64,000 nt of DNA from Patescibacteria group bacterium (GCA_028286885.1 JAQBQS010000016.1:2809-66808); one strand, 5' to 3'. Numbered from the stretch's first letter, positions 1-8,917 are shown. Notes: generated by a model not told the origin, from the sequence alone. Program-made: numbers and translations.

Positions 1-1
1 A

Positions 2-211
2 TGCCAGCAGTATAGTCAGGAAAAGTCTTTATCGGGCCACTTCAGAGTTGTCATCGGAATTGACGAAAAAGATGTGATCTTTCACGATCCTAATGATCTT
101 CTTGAAAATGGCGCGTTACAAAAAATGACTCACGAATCTTTTTTCGAGCTGTGGCAGCCGACAGGGGAAAATGTAACAGGCGGAAGATTCGTTTGGATTT
201 CAAATGAATAA
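2..211 (+). CDS. C-terminal fragment of a papain-like/C39-like peptidase domain protein (5' end outside window)
   Basis: Frame-2 translation ...GHFRVVIGIDEKDVIFHDPNDLLENG...WQP ends at TAA 209-211; resembles the C-terminal core of C39-like cysteine peptidase domains. Confidence 0.35.
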   Translation, partial: CQQYSQEKSLSGHFRVVIGIDEKDVIFHDPNDLLENGALQKMTHESFFELWQPTGENVTGGRFVWISNE

Positions 212-223
212 AACTCAAAACAA

Positions 224-278
224 AAAATCCCTCTTGCCGTGCCGAAGCTTTATGCGAAGGCAGGAGAGGGATTTTTTG
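224..278. terminator. bidirectional rho-independent terminator hairpin
   Basis: aaaaaaTCCCTCTTGCC...GGCAGGAGAGGGAttttttg: long GC stem flanked by A-run and T-run, between convergent genes. Confidence 0.6.
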
Positions 279-290
279 TTTGGATATTAT

Positions 291-737
291 TTATTTCTTC
301 ATTCCATGCGCGCATCCGCATGTTCCGTCTGCGCATTCGTTGCAGTTTCGATGCCCAAATCGGCAGATGCTGTATGCTCCGCATCCTGAAAAGAGGACTG
401 CGATCGCTACTGACAAGAGGAGGAGTGGTGCGAATGACATCTCGATTCCGACAGGACCTGTTACCTTGATGATGGCAACGATCATCGTGATAGCAAGGAG
501 GAACGAGAAGAACTTGCTCCAAAGTCCTAGGATGAGGGACGCTCCTCCCAAAATCTCGATAATGGCGACAAGCCATGCGAAGAAAGCTCCGAATCCGAGT
601 GATGCGAAGAACGCGATCGTTCCGTGCATGTCGTTTAATTTCTGAATTCCTTCGTAGAGAAAGATGACACCGGCTACGAATCTGATGATGAAGAGTCCGA
701 GAGCTGGCGAGTGGAAGTGATGACGAATTGATTTCAT
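291..737 (-). CDS. DoxX-family membrane protein
   Basis: Internal start MKSIRHHFHSPALGLFIIRFVAGVIFLYEGIQKL...; 4 predicted TM helices typical of the DoxX fold; upstream part of the ORF (to 899) is likely untranslated. Confidence 0.55.
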   Translation of the reverse strand: MKSIRHHFHSPALGLFIIRFVAGVIFLYEGIQKLNDMHGTIAFFASLGFGAFFAWLVAIIEILGGASLILGLWSKFFSFLLAITMIVAIIKVTGPVGIEMSFAPLLLLSVAIAVLFSGCGAYSICRFGHRNCNECADGTCGCAHGMKK

Positions 738-862
738 GTGAAAATGGCTAGTGGTTAATAGGACAAGTATATCAGGCTTGAAAAAAATTCCAAACCTGCT
801 ATGATGGAAAAACTTCCGCCTTCGCCCCCTTCGCTTACGCTCAGGGCTACGGCGCGATAAAA

Positions 863-933
863 GCGGTGCTAGTTTAGTGGTAGAATAACTGCCTTCCAAG
901 CAGTGGATCAGGGTTCGATTCCCTGGCGCCGCA
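863..933 (+). tRNA. tRNA-Gly (anticodon TCC)
   Basis: Cloverleaf: acceptor GCGGTGC/GCGCCGC (one GU), anticodon stem CTGC/GCAG with loop CTTCCAA, T-arm CAGGG-TTCGATT-CCCTG, discriminator A; no encoded CCA. Confidence 0.85.
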
Positions 934-2599
934 CAGTAAGAGATTTCTCGTCTAGTTTTTCTTCATTTATCTTGAAAATGAAGGTCAGTTTTGGTGTTCG
1001 ACTAACTATTTCTTCGTATGTCGGAAACTCTTCGAAGAAGAGGCTATAAAGTGTGATCTGTTCTCGCTTATTCTCAATGTTTTCAAGTATTTTTGTAGGG
1101 TGTTCCATTAAATCTTTTGTATTTTTTATAAATTCGTGAATTTGGTCTTCGTTGATATCGAGCTTGTTTCTTTCGTTTTGTGCCCGACTCAGTTCAATAT
1201 GGATACTCTCATACTCCTTTTCGAGGTCGGCTTTTACGATTGGAGAATTTGCAGCTTCAATTGCTCTAAGTTTCAACTGTTTTTGTTCTTTTATTTCGAG
1301 AATGCGCTTGCTTATAAAGTTTGATTTGTCAGCAACAGTACCTTCTTCTCGGCGATATTTATAAACTAAAGCCCTCTCAATTATCGAGATAAATTCATCA
1401 GTAAACTTAATAGTTGCAAGGAAATTATTGAAAGTATCCTCGGCTTCCTTTCGAGGAAAGGCATATCTTTCGTGTTTTCTAGAACAATGATACGCAGGAT
1501 ATTTGTTTCCTAATTTTCCTGTCGAAAAACTTCCCAAAAGTGGTTTGCCACAGAGCGGGCATTTTAAGATATTTTTAAAAGGGAAGTCGGGTCGGAAATC
1601 ATGTCTTTTGTCCAAGAATTTTTCAAGCTTTTGGTCATAAAGAATTTCAAACCTATTTTCTCCAAGAGAATTTATGTAGACCTTGCCACGATTGGCTTTA
1701 TTAAAAATATCCATTGAAACAATCCCATTCCATTTTCCTTTAATAGGAAGGTAGTTTGTCCATTTTTCACAAACTATTCCGCAGTAAATTGGTCTTGTTA
1801 TTATTCTTTGGAGAGTTTTAACTGTAAGTCCGAGCGATTCCGTCTTTCCTGTAATTTTTGTTTTTGAATTATTCCATTTCTTGCGAACTTTTGATTTAAA
1901 TCCCATTGCGTTTATCTTCGAAACAATTTCCTCATCAGAGTAAATACCCTCCGCACGAAGTCTAAACATTTCAGAATAGTATTTACTTCTCTCGGGATCA
2001 GGTTCAAGAATGTATCGTTTCTTCATATCAACGTCCACCTTTTTTGAAACATATCCGTCGTTGGCTGGTCCCATATGATAACCGTCCCTCACCAAAAGAA
2101 TTTGTGCCTCGATAAGCTGTCGAAGGATTCTCTTTCGATCCATTTCCGATCGTTTGACTTCCATTAGCTCGCTCGCCTCGCTTGGGCTTTCTGTAGACCA
2201 CTCATACTTTAAATTATATTTATCAAAGTGGTTTTTTTCTGCCTGAATGATACCAGTAACATCTCGTAATTCAGTTCCGTGTTTTAGTAGTTCCGATTTG
2301 ATCTCGTAATAATTGTCTACTTTTCCGCGTGTCATTCGACTGATTATGCGAATAATAAGGAACTTAACTTTCCCGGGATTGTCCTTTAAAATTTGGATTA
2401 TTTCGTTGTAAACAGGGCGTGATTTTGTTTTTCCGCTAAAAGGCTCCTCGAATACTTTGTTATCAGGGAATAGTGTATATCCGTTGCGGTCGCAGTAATT
2501 TCTTATATCTTGCTCCTGTCCTGCAAGACTATCGCCGCCGACTGCTTGTTTTGCAGTGCTTACGCGCGCATATCCAATTACATAAATTGGCTCATTCAT
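908..2599 (-). CDS. large serine recombinase (integrase); its 3' end overlaps the tRNA-Gly 3' end by 26 nt
   Basis: N-terminal resolvase catalytic motif YARVSTAKQ, recombinase domain, Cys-rich zinc-ribbon CPLCGKPL...YHCSRKH, C-terminal coiled-coil; 563 aa. Confidence 0.85.
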   Translation of the reverse strand: MNEPIYVIGYARVSTAKQAVGGDSLAGQEQDIRNYCDRNGYTLFPDNKVFEEPFSGKTKSRPVYNEIIQILKDNPGKVKFLIIRIISRMTRGKVDNYYEIKSELLKHGTELRDVTGIIQAEKNHFDKYNLKYEWSTESPSEASELMEVKRSEMDRKRILRQLIEAQILLVRDGYHMGPANDGYVSKKVDVDMKKRYILEPDPERSKYYSEMFRLRAEGIYSDEEIVSKINAMGFKSKVRKKWNNSKTKITGKTESLGLTVKTLQRIITRPIYCGIVCEKWTNYLPIKGKWNGIVSMDIFNKANRGKVYINSLGENRFEILYDQKLEKFLDKRHDFRPDFPFKNILKCPLCGKPLLGSFSTGKLGNKYPAYHCSRKHERYAFPRKEAEDTFNNFLATIKFTDEFISIIERALVYKYRREEGTVADKSNFISKRILEIKEQKQLKLRAIEAANSPIVKADLEKEYESIHIELSRAQNERNKLDINEDQIHEFIKNTKDLMEHPTKILENIENKREQITLYSLFFEEFPTYEEIVSRTPKLTFIFKINEEKLDEKSLTVRRQGIEP

Positions 2600-2808
2600 A
2601 AATCTATTTTAACATTATCCGTTTGTTTTGACTCATTTTCAAACCAAATTTTATAAGCTGTATTAACAAATATCATAGAAGCTTCATAAATTTTTTGTAC
2701 CTGAAAATCTGAGAACTTTTTCAGCTCCTCATGAGTAAGTACATTCTTTTTGAATTCTTCCAAGCTCATTATTTTGAGATTAAAATCGAGATAACAAAAA
2801 CGCCCCAA
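2596..2808 (-). CDS. small hypothetical protein, translationally coupled upstream of the recombinase (possible directionality factor)
   Basis: 70-aa ORF overlapping the recombinase start by 4 nt (ATGA); no recognizable motif. Confidence 0.3.
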   Translation of the reverse strand: MGRFCYLDFNLKIMSLEEFKKNVLTHEELKKFSDFQVQKIYEASMIFVNTAYKIWFENESKQTDNVKIDL

Positions 2809-3210
2809 TATAAGGGCTTTTTGTAAGCAAATTACCTGTTCGTAGAAATACGTAGAATTGGTAATTAACTAGGCAAAAAGCCTAACGAATTACCAACTCG
2901 ACGCATTTATTTATCCTGAAGTAAACATATCGTAACTTGTAGATTCATCGGAGATCTCTAGTGTTTTTTAGCCACTTTCTAACTTTTTCTAACCTCCAAA
3001 TGAAACAGGATGAGACATAATCAGGGTAAAATGCAATGTTGATCCGTTTTCTCGATATGATCGCTCCCTGCAATAGTTTTTCGAGAAAACTTTATTAAAT
3101 TATCTGGGGCAATGAACTGACTGACTTTATTATAGCAGTTGTTTTGAAAAAATCACCTCCTAGACATTACAGGATTAAAATAGTACGCTTTCTAACATAA
3201 CCTAATAAAA

Positions 3211-3358
3211 GTAGCCTAAACTCGTCTAACGGCGAGCATGGTGAAAGCAATGTCCAGTCAGACATAAAAAACCCATCATATGGGGTTTGTCTGACTGGCT
3301 GCATTTGGAAACGAATGCAGAGGGCGAAAGTCCTCAACCTATGTGGTGGGCTTTTTGT
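3211..3358 (+). ncRNA. conserved structured RNA motif, copy A (unidentified family)
   Basis: ~88% identical to 23134-23279. Stems CCAGTCAGACA/TGTCTGACTGG and TGCATT/AATGCA are replaced in copy B by CCAGTAAAGAT/ATCTTTACTGG and GTATC/GATAC (compensatory). Invariant hairpin CCCATCATATGGG, GGGC-GAAA-G(t/c)(c/t)C tetraloop hairpin, ends GGGCTTTTTG. Confidence 0.6.
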
Positions 3359-3389
3359 ATCTCATTTATTAGAACAGTCAGACTAATTT

Positions 3390-3728
3390 ATGAAATTTAA
3401 TCCTTTTAAGATAATTTTAAGTGTCGCCAGTCTTATTTTAGCTGGAAGTGTGTTTTATTACTTTATTATTTATTTGCCCTCTGAAAAGCAGATGGAACAT
3501 TTTCGAACCGAACAGGGGAATAGTTTGAGAAACTCGGCATTAAATCATTGTTTTCAGGATGTTCAGTCTGAATATCAAGATGATATGACGAAAAACTGTT
3601 TCCAAGAAGGTTTTGATGATTGCTCCCTGAATCCACATGTTGCAGGAAATATGATAGTTGTTTTGAATAATAAATTACAAGCAGATAAGCAAATTTGTAT
3701 TAAAGAGTACGGGACATGGAATCCATAA
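3390..3728 (+). CDS. small membrane-anchored Cys-containing hypothetical protein
   Basis: N-terminal TM helix ILSVASLILAGSVFYYFIIYL; 112 aa; lies immediately downstream of RNA motif copy A. Confidence 0.4.
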   Translation: MKFNPFKIILSVASLILAGSVFYYFIIYLPSEKQMEHFRTEQGNSLRNSALNHCFQDVQSEYQDDMTKNCFQEGFDDCSLNPHVAGNMIVVLNNKLQADKQICIKEYGTWNP

Positions 3729-3732
3729 TAAA

Positions 3733-3778
3733 AACAGCTTAAAACCCCTAATTTAGGGGTTTTAAGCTGTTTTTATTT
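3733..3778. terminator. rho-independent terminator
   Basis: aaaaacAGCTTAAAACCCCTAAtttaGGGGTTTTAAGCTgttttt perfect hairpin with U-tract. Confidence 0.6.
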
Positions 3779-3871
3779 ACTATTTAGAGTGCCCGTATTG
3801 CCTAACTTTTTCTTACCTTGAAACCTTTTTATTTCGCACTTTTTCGTACCAACATTTTTAATTTAAAGTGC

Positions 3872-4165
3872 CTAACTGGCAACATTAAACTTGATATTTC
3901 TTGTTTTTTCCAAAATATCCAAAGTAGCTTTTACAGAAGAATTAGAAGTATTTTTTAAGATTAGCCTATCGCCGTATTTACTGACCAATGGGCTTAAAAA
4001 TTCATCTCCCCATGATGGAGCGAATGTTAAAATTCCAGAAAAATCCAAAATAAGCTCTTCTGAATCAGAAAAGTTTTTTAATTCAGGTTCAAATGCTGTA
4101 AAAGCTTCTCTTCCTCGATCCCGAAATACCGATGTGTTTCCAAATTTAACTAATTGAATTTCCAT
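3872..4165 (-). CDS. STAS-like (DUF4325-type) small protein
   Basis: 97 aa; ...FSGILTFAPSWGDEFLSPLVSKYG...; resembles STAS-like partners encoded next to GHKL ATPases (by recollection of family features). Confidence 0.4.
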   Translation of the reverse strand: MEIQLVKFGNTSVFRDRGREAFTAFEPELKNFSDSEELILDFSGILTFAPSWGDEFLSPLVSKYGDRLILKNTSNSSVKATLDILEKTRNIKFNVAS

Positions 4166-4183
4166 AATGTTTATTATACTAAG

Positions 4184-4915
4184 CTAATATTTAATATAAG
4201 CAACACAGCCGCGTAACCAACGAACGGCAGGCCTAATATCTAAATTTGAAGAGTCATGTTTAATTTCCAGTTCTGCGTTACCACTTTGAAATCTAAGTCC
4301 GATTAGATTATTTGTTACGACAGTCCTTACAAATTTTAATCCGTTCCCACGAGACTCCTGAGTCCTTCCAGAAACAACCTCGGTAAATGCTGTATTTATA
4401 GCACTACCATCATCTATCAGGTCTGGGAGGGCTTGCCTTAATGTTGTTAAGATCCCTAAGCCTCGGTCAGCGAGCACAACCTCTCTTTTGTCTGTGTCGT
4501 ATGCAAAAAATATGCCTGCTTCGTCTGGCCAGCGACCTAAGTTATGATCGAAAGAGTTTCCTCCAATTTCTCCAGAAACCGATACCACCAAAGAAAATAT
4601 ATCTTCGAGGAGAGGTGATTTCAGAAGCTCTTCTTGAAACTTGCCAAGCTTGGTCTGAAAAACTGCACTATTCTCAGCATATGCATATCTAGGGATGTGC
4701 GGTATTTCTTTTGAGTCAGCAGTTGCCCATTCAAAAGCTGTTTGAAAAAGATTGTTTGGAAAGAACTCCAGATCAATCTTTCTGTAAAATCTATCCCCGC
4801 CAGGTGATTTCCTAACGGCTCGCAATTTTCCACTCTCGTCCCAACGCCTTAGCGTTGTTATTGAGACATTTAAAATTTTTGCTGCCTCCCCTACTGGTAA
4901 TAGTTCATTCTCCAT
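4184..4915 (-). CDS. HTH (MerR/excisionase-type) fused to GHKL-family ATPase (RsbW/SpoIIAB-like kinase fold)
   Basis: N-term LPVGEAAKILNVSITTLRRWDESGKL (HTH_17-like); GHKL N-box GEIGGNSFDH, G1 box DRGLGI, G2 box SRGNGLKF. Confidence 0.5.
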   Translation of the reverse strand: MENELLPVGEAAKILNVSITTLRRWDESGKLRAVRKSPGGDRFYRKIDLEFFPNNLFQTAFEWATADSKEIPHIPRYAYAENSAVFQTKLGKFQEELLKSPLLEDIFSLVVSVSGEIGGNSFDHNLGRWPDEAGIFFAYDTDKREVVLADRGLGILTTLRQALPDLIDDGSAINTAFTEVVSGRTQESRGNGLKFVRTVVTNNLIGLRFQSGNAELEIKHDSSNLDIRPAVRWLRGCVAYIKY

Positions 4916-5078
4916 AATTTAAGGTTATATTTTGAATTATACACTAATTTAGGCAAAAACTTGTGTAATACCTACTCATAATATATGCTAAATCTACTCA
5001 TTGCAACAAACATTGATTTTATACCTTTAATCCCTATAAATTGCAATCTGATTAATAGCTTATAATCAAAACATATTT

Positions 5079-5366
5079 ATGGCAGTAAGAATTACTTGTA
5101 TTAACAAAGATAATGGAAATCATTTAAATCCTCATGCAGGGATAACGCACTTCGGATGGGTAAATGAACAAACCAGGGCTACTGGTAAAAGCACGAAAGC
5201 TGTTATGGTTGATTTTTTGACTAAACAAGGAGGGAAGGCATATGTAAAAGATGCTAGAGGGAATATCGCTTATGTTGGCGTTATTACGAATCATATTCCT
5301 CCATATCTTAGAACCTACGCGGATGGTAAGTGGTCGGATAATTTGCTCAGTTTGGGCGAATGTTAA
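5079..5366 (+). CDS. small conserved hypothetical protein (DUF3892-like)
   Basis: MAVRITCINKDNGNHLNPHAGITHFGWVNE...; 95 aa; family assignment by recollection, low certainty. Confidence 0.3.
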   Translation: MAVRITCINKDNGNHLNPHAGITHFGWVNEQTRATGKSTKAVMVDFLTKQGGKAYVKDARGNIAYVGVITNHIPPYLRTYADGKWSDNLLSLGEC

Positions 5367-5369
5367 TTT

Positions 5370-6104
5370 ATGAAGTTGGTTTTTATTGATGAGACAGATC
5401 GGCAGGCAAGTTCCACAGTCCACGCATTCTTTTCGATTTGTGGGTTGGTTATTGATGAGTCTGAAATTATGGCAACGACAAACGAACTTGAAGAAATTAA
5501 GAAAAAATACAATTTTTCGAATCTAAAGGAATCTAGAAAAAGCGGTCTTTCCGAACAGGAAAAAGTTATTATTTCTACAGAAGTATTTGATTGCCTCAAA
5601 AAACATAACGCATCAATTATTTCAATCGTCTTGGGAGATTTTTCCATGAGCTTTAACATGCCCAAAGATGACCTTTACATGGGAGCAATACAATTCTTGA
5701 TGGAGCGTTTCTGTCTTATTTTAATGAAAGTAAATAGTTGTGGTTTGGCAATATTTGATTGTACAGAAAAGAGATTTGAGAAAAAGCTTAGAGAAAAATT
5801 TTACGAATATATTCAGACTCAAACCGTTCATATGGCTTGGGAGTCAAAACCAAGAGGTCCCATGAGAGATTTCATTCAACCAACTTTATTTTTTGCAGAT
5901 GATGAGCAAAGCATTCTTATTCAAGCGGTTGATCTTATTGCTGTTTCTTTAAACAGTGCGATCGTTAATATTACGCAAAGCAACCCAAAAATCATGGTTG
6001 CAGATCTTCCTTCTGGTAATAAGTTTCTAAACATATACTGGCCACTTTTTGCTTCAAGTTCTTCAGGTAAAGTCGAGGGGTGGGGTGTAAAAGTTTGGGA
6101 TTAA
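5370..6104 (+). CDS. DUF3800-like protein (predicted RNase H-like fold)
   Basis: N-terminal MKLVFIDETD... matches the hydrophobic-DESG start typical of DUF3800; 4-nt intergenic gap to the preceding gene suggests an operon. Confidence 0.4.
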   Translation: MKLVFIDETDRQASSTVHAFFSICGLVIDESEIMATTNELEEIKKKYNFSNLKESRKSGLSEQEKVIISTEVFDCLKKHNASIISIVLGDFSMSFNMPKDDLYMGAIQFLMERFCLILMKVNSCGLAIFDCTEKRFEKKLREKFYEYIQTQTVHMAWESKPRGPMRDFIQPTLFFADDEQSILIQAVDLIAVSLNSAIVNITQSNPKIMVADLPSGNKFLNIYWPLFASSSSGKVEGWGVKVWD

Positions 6105-6297
6105 TCAAATGTTTTATGATGGTTCTACAACCATTAAGGTGTTAGTTTAATATTTACAAAACCATAATAAATTGAATCAATAAGGCTTTTGAGTCAATGA
6201 ATATTTTGTTCTCATTGCGGATAAGACTTCGTTCCATGTTAGAATCATATTCTGCAAGGTGTTCCATTCTAGGGACATGATGCGCACCACTTCGCAA

Positions 6298-6333
6298 AAA
6301 AGCCATTCGTCAAAACGAATGGCTTTTTTGCGA
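6298..6333. terminator. rho-independent terminator
   Basis: aaaaaaGCCATTCGTcaaaACGAATGGCttttttg. Confidence 0.6.
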
Positions 6334-6361
6334 AAAATATGAGTATGCTATAGTAACGAAT

Positions 6362-6934
6362 ATGGAACTTGAAACGCAACGATTAATACTTCGAAAAGGC
6401 AAAAGGGGGGACTGGAAAGACATTGTTGAAGGAGCTTCGGATCTGAATGTTTCAAAGAATATGACCACGGTGCCTCATCCCTATGGCAAGTCCGATGCGG
6501 AGTGGTTTATCAATGACTCGATCAAGAAGTGGAATCAAAAGAAAGGATACTCTTTTTTCATTGAATTGAAATCGGAAAAGAAAGTTATCGGTGTGATGAC
6601 TATCGGCGGGATTAGCGAAACCAACGGCACAGCGACAACGGGTTCTTGGGTTAACAAGAAATATTGGAAAAAAGGATATATCACAGAAGCAAAAATAGCG
6701 GTAAATGATTTTGCTTTCAATATGTTAAAACTTCGACGCCTCAACTCGACCGTTTTTACGGAAAATAAAGCATCAAATGCTACTCAGTCAAAAATGGGTT
6801 ACAAGATGGAAGGAATGAGCCGAAAAGCACAAAGATCCAAATCCACCGGCAAGATTCACGATATTAATATTTACGGACTTCTTAAGGAAGACTGGAAAAA
6901 GGCGAGAAAAAATCTTGTCCGAAAAAGTAAATAA
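6362..6934 (+). CDS. GNAT family N-acetyltransferase (RimJ/RimL-like)
   Basis: METQRLILRKGKRGDWKDIVEGASD... N-terminal pattern and length typical of ribosomal-protein-acetyltransferase-like GNATs. Confidence 0.55.
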   Translation: MELETQRLILRKGKRGDWKDIVEGASDLNVSKNMTTVPHPYGKSDAEWFINDSIKKWNQKKGYSFFIELKSEKKVIGVMTIGGISETNGTATTGSWVNKKYWKKGYITEAKIAVNDFAFNMLKLRRLNSTVFTENKASNATQSKMGYKMEGMSRKAQRSKSTGKIHDINIYGLLKEDWKKARKNLVRKSK

Positions 6935-7710
6935 TGAAACGAATATTCACTCCCTACGAACTCGCGCAACTGGCGAAACACACGATTACGGATTTTGACT
7001 TGGAAAAAATTTCAAAAGGACTCGGCGAAACGTTTTTGGATATTCCCGTTGAATACATAACAGGATTCTGCGAGTTTCGGAAACATGATTTCCAAGTAAG
7101 CCGCGATACCCTGATTCCGAGAATAGAAACGGAAGAAATGATTGATATCGGATTAGAATGCGCAGCGGGTATTCTTGAAAAAAACATCGACAAGAAAACA
7201 ATCGCGTTTGCGGATATCGGAACAGGATCGGGAATTATTGGAATTTCATTCGCAAACGAACTGTCCGAGAAGGGAATCATCACCAAAGGCACTCTGTCGG
7301 ATATTTCGCCAAATGCGCTCGAAATTGCAAAGCAAAACGCAAAGCGCATTCTTGGCGAGGAAAACGATCTCGCATTTTTGGAATCGAATTTGCTCGAGAA
7401 TTTTCCAGTCTCGAAATTTGATATTGTGTTCGCAAATTTACCCTACATTCCATCTGGGAATATGAAGGGCTTGGATTCCTCGGTGAAAGACTTTGAGCCT
7501 GTATCGGCACTCGACGGCGGACCCGACGGATTGGACTTGGTCAGGAAGCTCCTACAGCAGGCTCCTGCATTCTTGAACCAAGATGGCATCGTGATTTTAG
7601 AAGTCGATGATTCGCATCTTGATGCAACTGAATTCTTGGAGAACTTTCATGTCGAGATTAGAAAGGATCAGTTTGGAAACAACCGGTTTTGGATCTTGAA
7701 ATTAAAATAA
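6934..7710 (+). CDS. prmC: release factor glutamine N5-methyltransferase PrmC/HemK
   Basis: SAM-binding DIGTGSGIIGIS and catalytic NLPY(IP) = NPPY-type motif; 258 aa. Confidence 0.7.
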   Translation: MKRIFTPYELAQLAKHTITDFDLEKISKGLGETFLDIPVEYITGFCEFRKHDFQVSRDTLIPRIETEEMIDIGLECAAGILEKNIDKKTIAFADIGTGSGIIGISFANELSEKGIITKGTLSDISPNALEIAKQNAKRILGEENDLAFLESNLLENFPVSKFDIVFANLPYIPSGNMKGLDSSVKDFEPVSALDGGPDGLDLVRKLLQQAPAFLNQDGIVILEVDDSHLDATEFLENFHVEIRKDQFGNNRFWILKLK

Positions 7711-7773
7711 GATGAAACATAAAATCCTCCATATGGAGGATTTTATGCGTGTTTGTGAATCGCAAAAAGGAAA

Positions 7774-8055
7774 CTATTTGACTGCGTCCTTCAAAGCCTT
7801 TGCGGCTCGGAACTTTGGAACGGTTGTCGCTGCAACCTGGACTGTCTCGCCCGTCTTCGGGTTTCGAGCTGTTCGTGCTGCGCGCGCTTTCGCTGAGAAG
7901 ATTCCGAGTCCGGCGAGCGAGACTTCACCTCCTTTTTTCAAAGTTGATGTGATCTCGTCGATAAACATCTGGACAACTTCCTCGGCCTGGACCTTGGTTC
8001 CGCCGATTTTCGCGTGGATCAAATCGGCAAGTGCTGCTTTGTTCATGTTCATAGG
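7774..8055 (-). CDS. hup: HU family DNA-binding protein
   Basis: MNMNKAALADLIHAKIGGTKVQAEEVVQMFIDEITSTLKKGGEVSLAGLGIFSAKARAARTARNPKTGETVQVAATTVPKFRAAKALKDAV classic HU/IHF fold sequence. Confidence 0.85.
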   Translation of the reverse strand, partial: PMNMNKAALADLIHAKIGGTKVQAEEVVQMFIDEITSTLKKGGEVSLAGLGIFSAKARAARTARNPKTGETVQVAATTVPKFRAAKALKDAVK

Positions 8056-8178
8056 AACGTGTGCGTCCGTCCCGCCCGTCGGCGGTTCGGACAAAATGAT
8101 TAGGACTTGTAATTAGCTGATCAGCCTTTTGCTTCCAAAAAGCATAATCATTGTAGCATAAGGGTTTTTAGGGACTAC

Positions 8179-8859
8179 TTGACTATAAACTTTATTTATG
8201 ACATGATGTTTTGGAATAAAACCGTTATAATTGAACATTTTAAACTAAAAGACAAGAATATGGCTATAAGAAATCAAGACAAAACAGTCATTGTAACCTA
8301 CGGGGGAAGCTTGATGAAGGACTATTCGCTCATCAGCGAACGGTGTGAATCAGTTTGTGATGCGGTAGAGCAGAGTGAAACCGATAAAACATACATTATT
8401 TTGGCAGCAGGATTTAATCCCAAGGAAAAAACCAATAAGCCGTTCAAAGAGTTAATGGCGGAAGACATTGAGATTATGCTCGAAGGAAAAAGATATGAGC
8501 GTATCGCCGACGGTATGTCAGCTGATTTAGTCAAAGGAGAGCATCTCGTCAAAATTATGCCGACAGCGGGAAACCATTGGGGGACACTCAAACAGACGGA
8601 GGCGATGCTGCATGAAATAGGCCTTCTGAAAGATGTCAAAACAATTCATGTTGTCATCACCGAGGAAAACATTCCTCAGCTGAAATTTATCTGGCGGCTT
8701 TTTTACAAAGGCGATGCCAAGCTTGAATTCTCCGGCAAGCCGCGCGGCGGAAGAAGCCATTACTACAGGTACGTGCTGGAAAATTTGCGCAAGGTGAGAG
8801 CGCTCCTCTACTGGTTCTTCAAAAAGGATCTGGAGCGAACGCTTGATATCGATGAATGA
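8179..8859 (+). CDS. hypothetical protein
   Basis: 226-aa ORF; start uncertain (internal Met at MAIRNQDK); no confident motif. Confidence 0.3.
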   Translation: MTINFIYDMMFWNKTVIIEHFKLKDKNMAIRNQDKTVIVTYGGSLMKDYSLISERCESVCDAVEQSETDKTYIILAAGFNPKEKTNKPFKELMAEDIEIMLEGKRYERIADGMSADLVKGEHLVKIMPTAGNHWGTLKQTEAMLHEIGLLKDVKTIHVVITEENIPQLKFIWRLFYKGDAKLEFSGKPRGGRSHYYRYVLENLRKVRALLYWFFKKDLERTLDIDE

Positions 8860-8917
8860 TTTTAAACACAATATCCGCACATTGCTGTGCGGATTTTTTA
8901 TTTAAAAAACTTCTAAG

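Noticed and set aside
204-469. Small overlapping ORFs (204-389, 239-469, 280-645)
   Set aside because: They overlap the terminator hairpin and the DoxX gene on the other strand, with no supporting features.
7712-8116. 134-aa plus-strand ORF
   Set aside because: Antisense to the HU gene.
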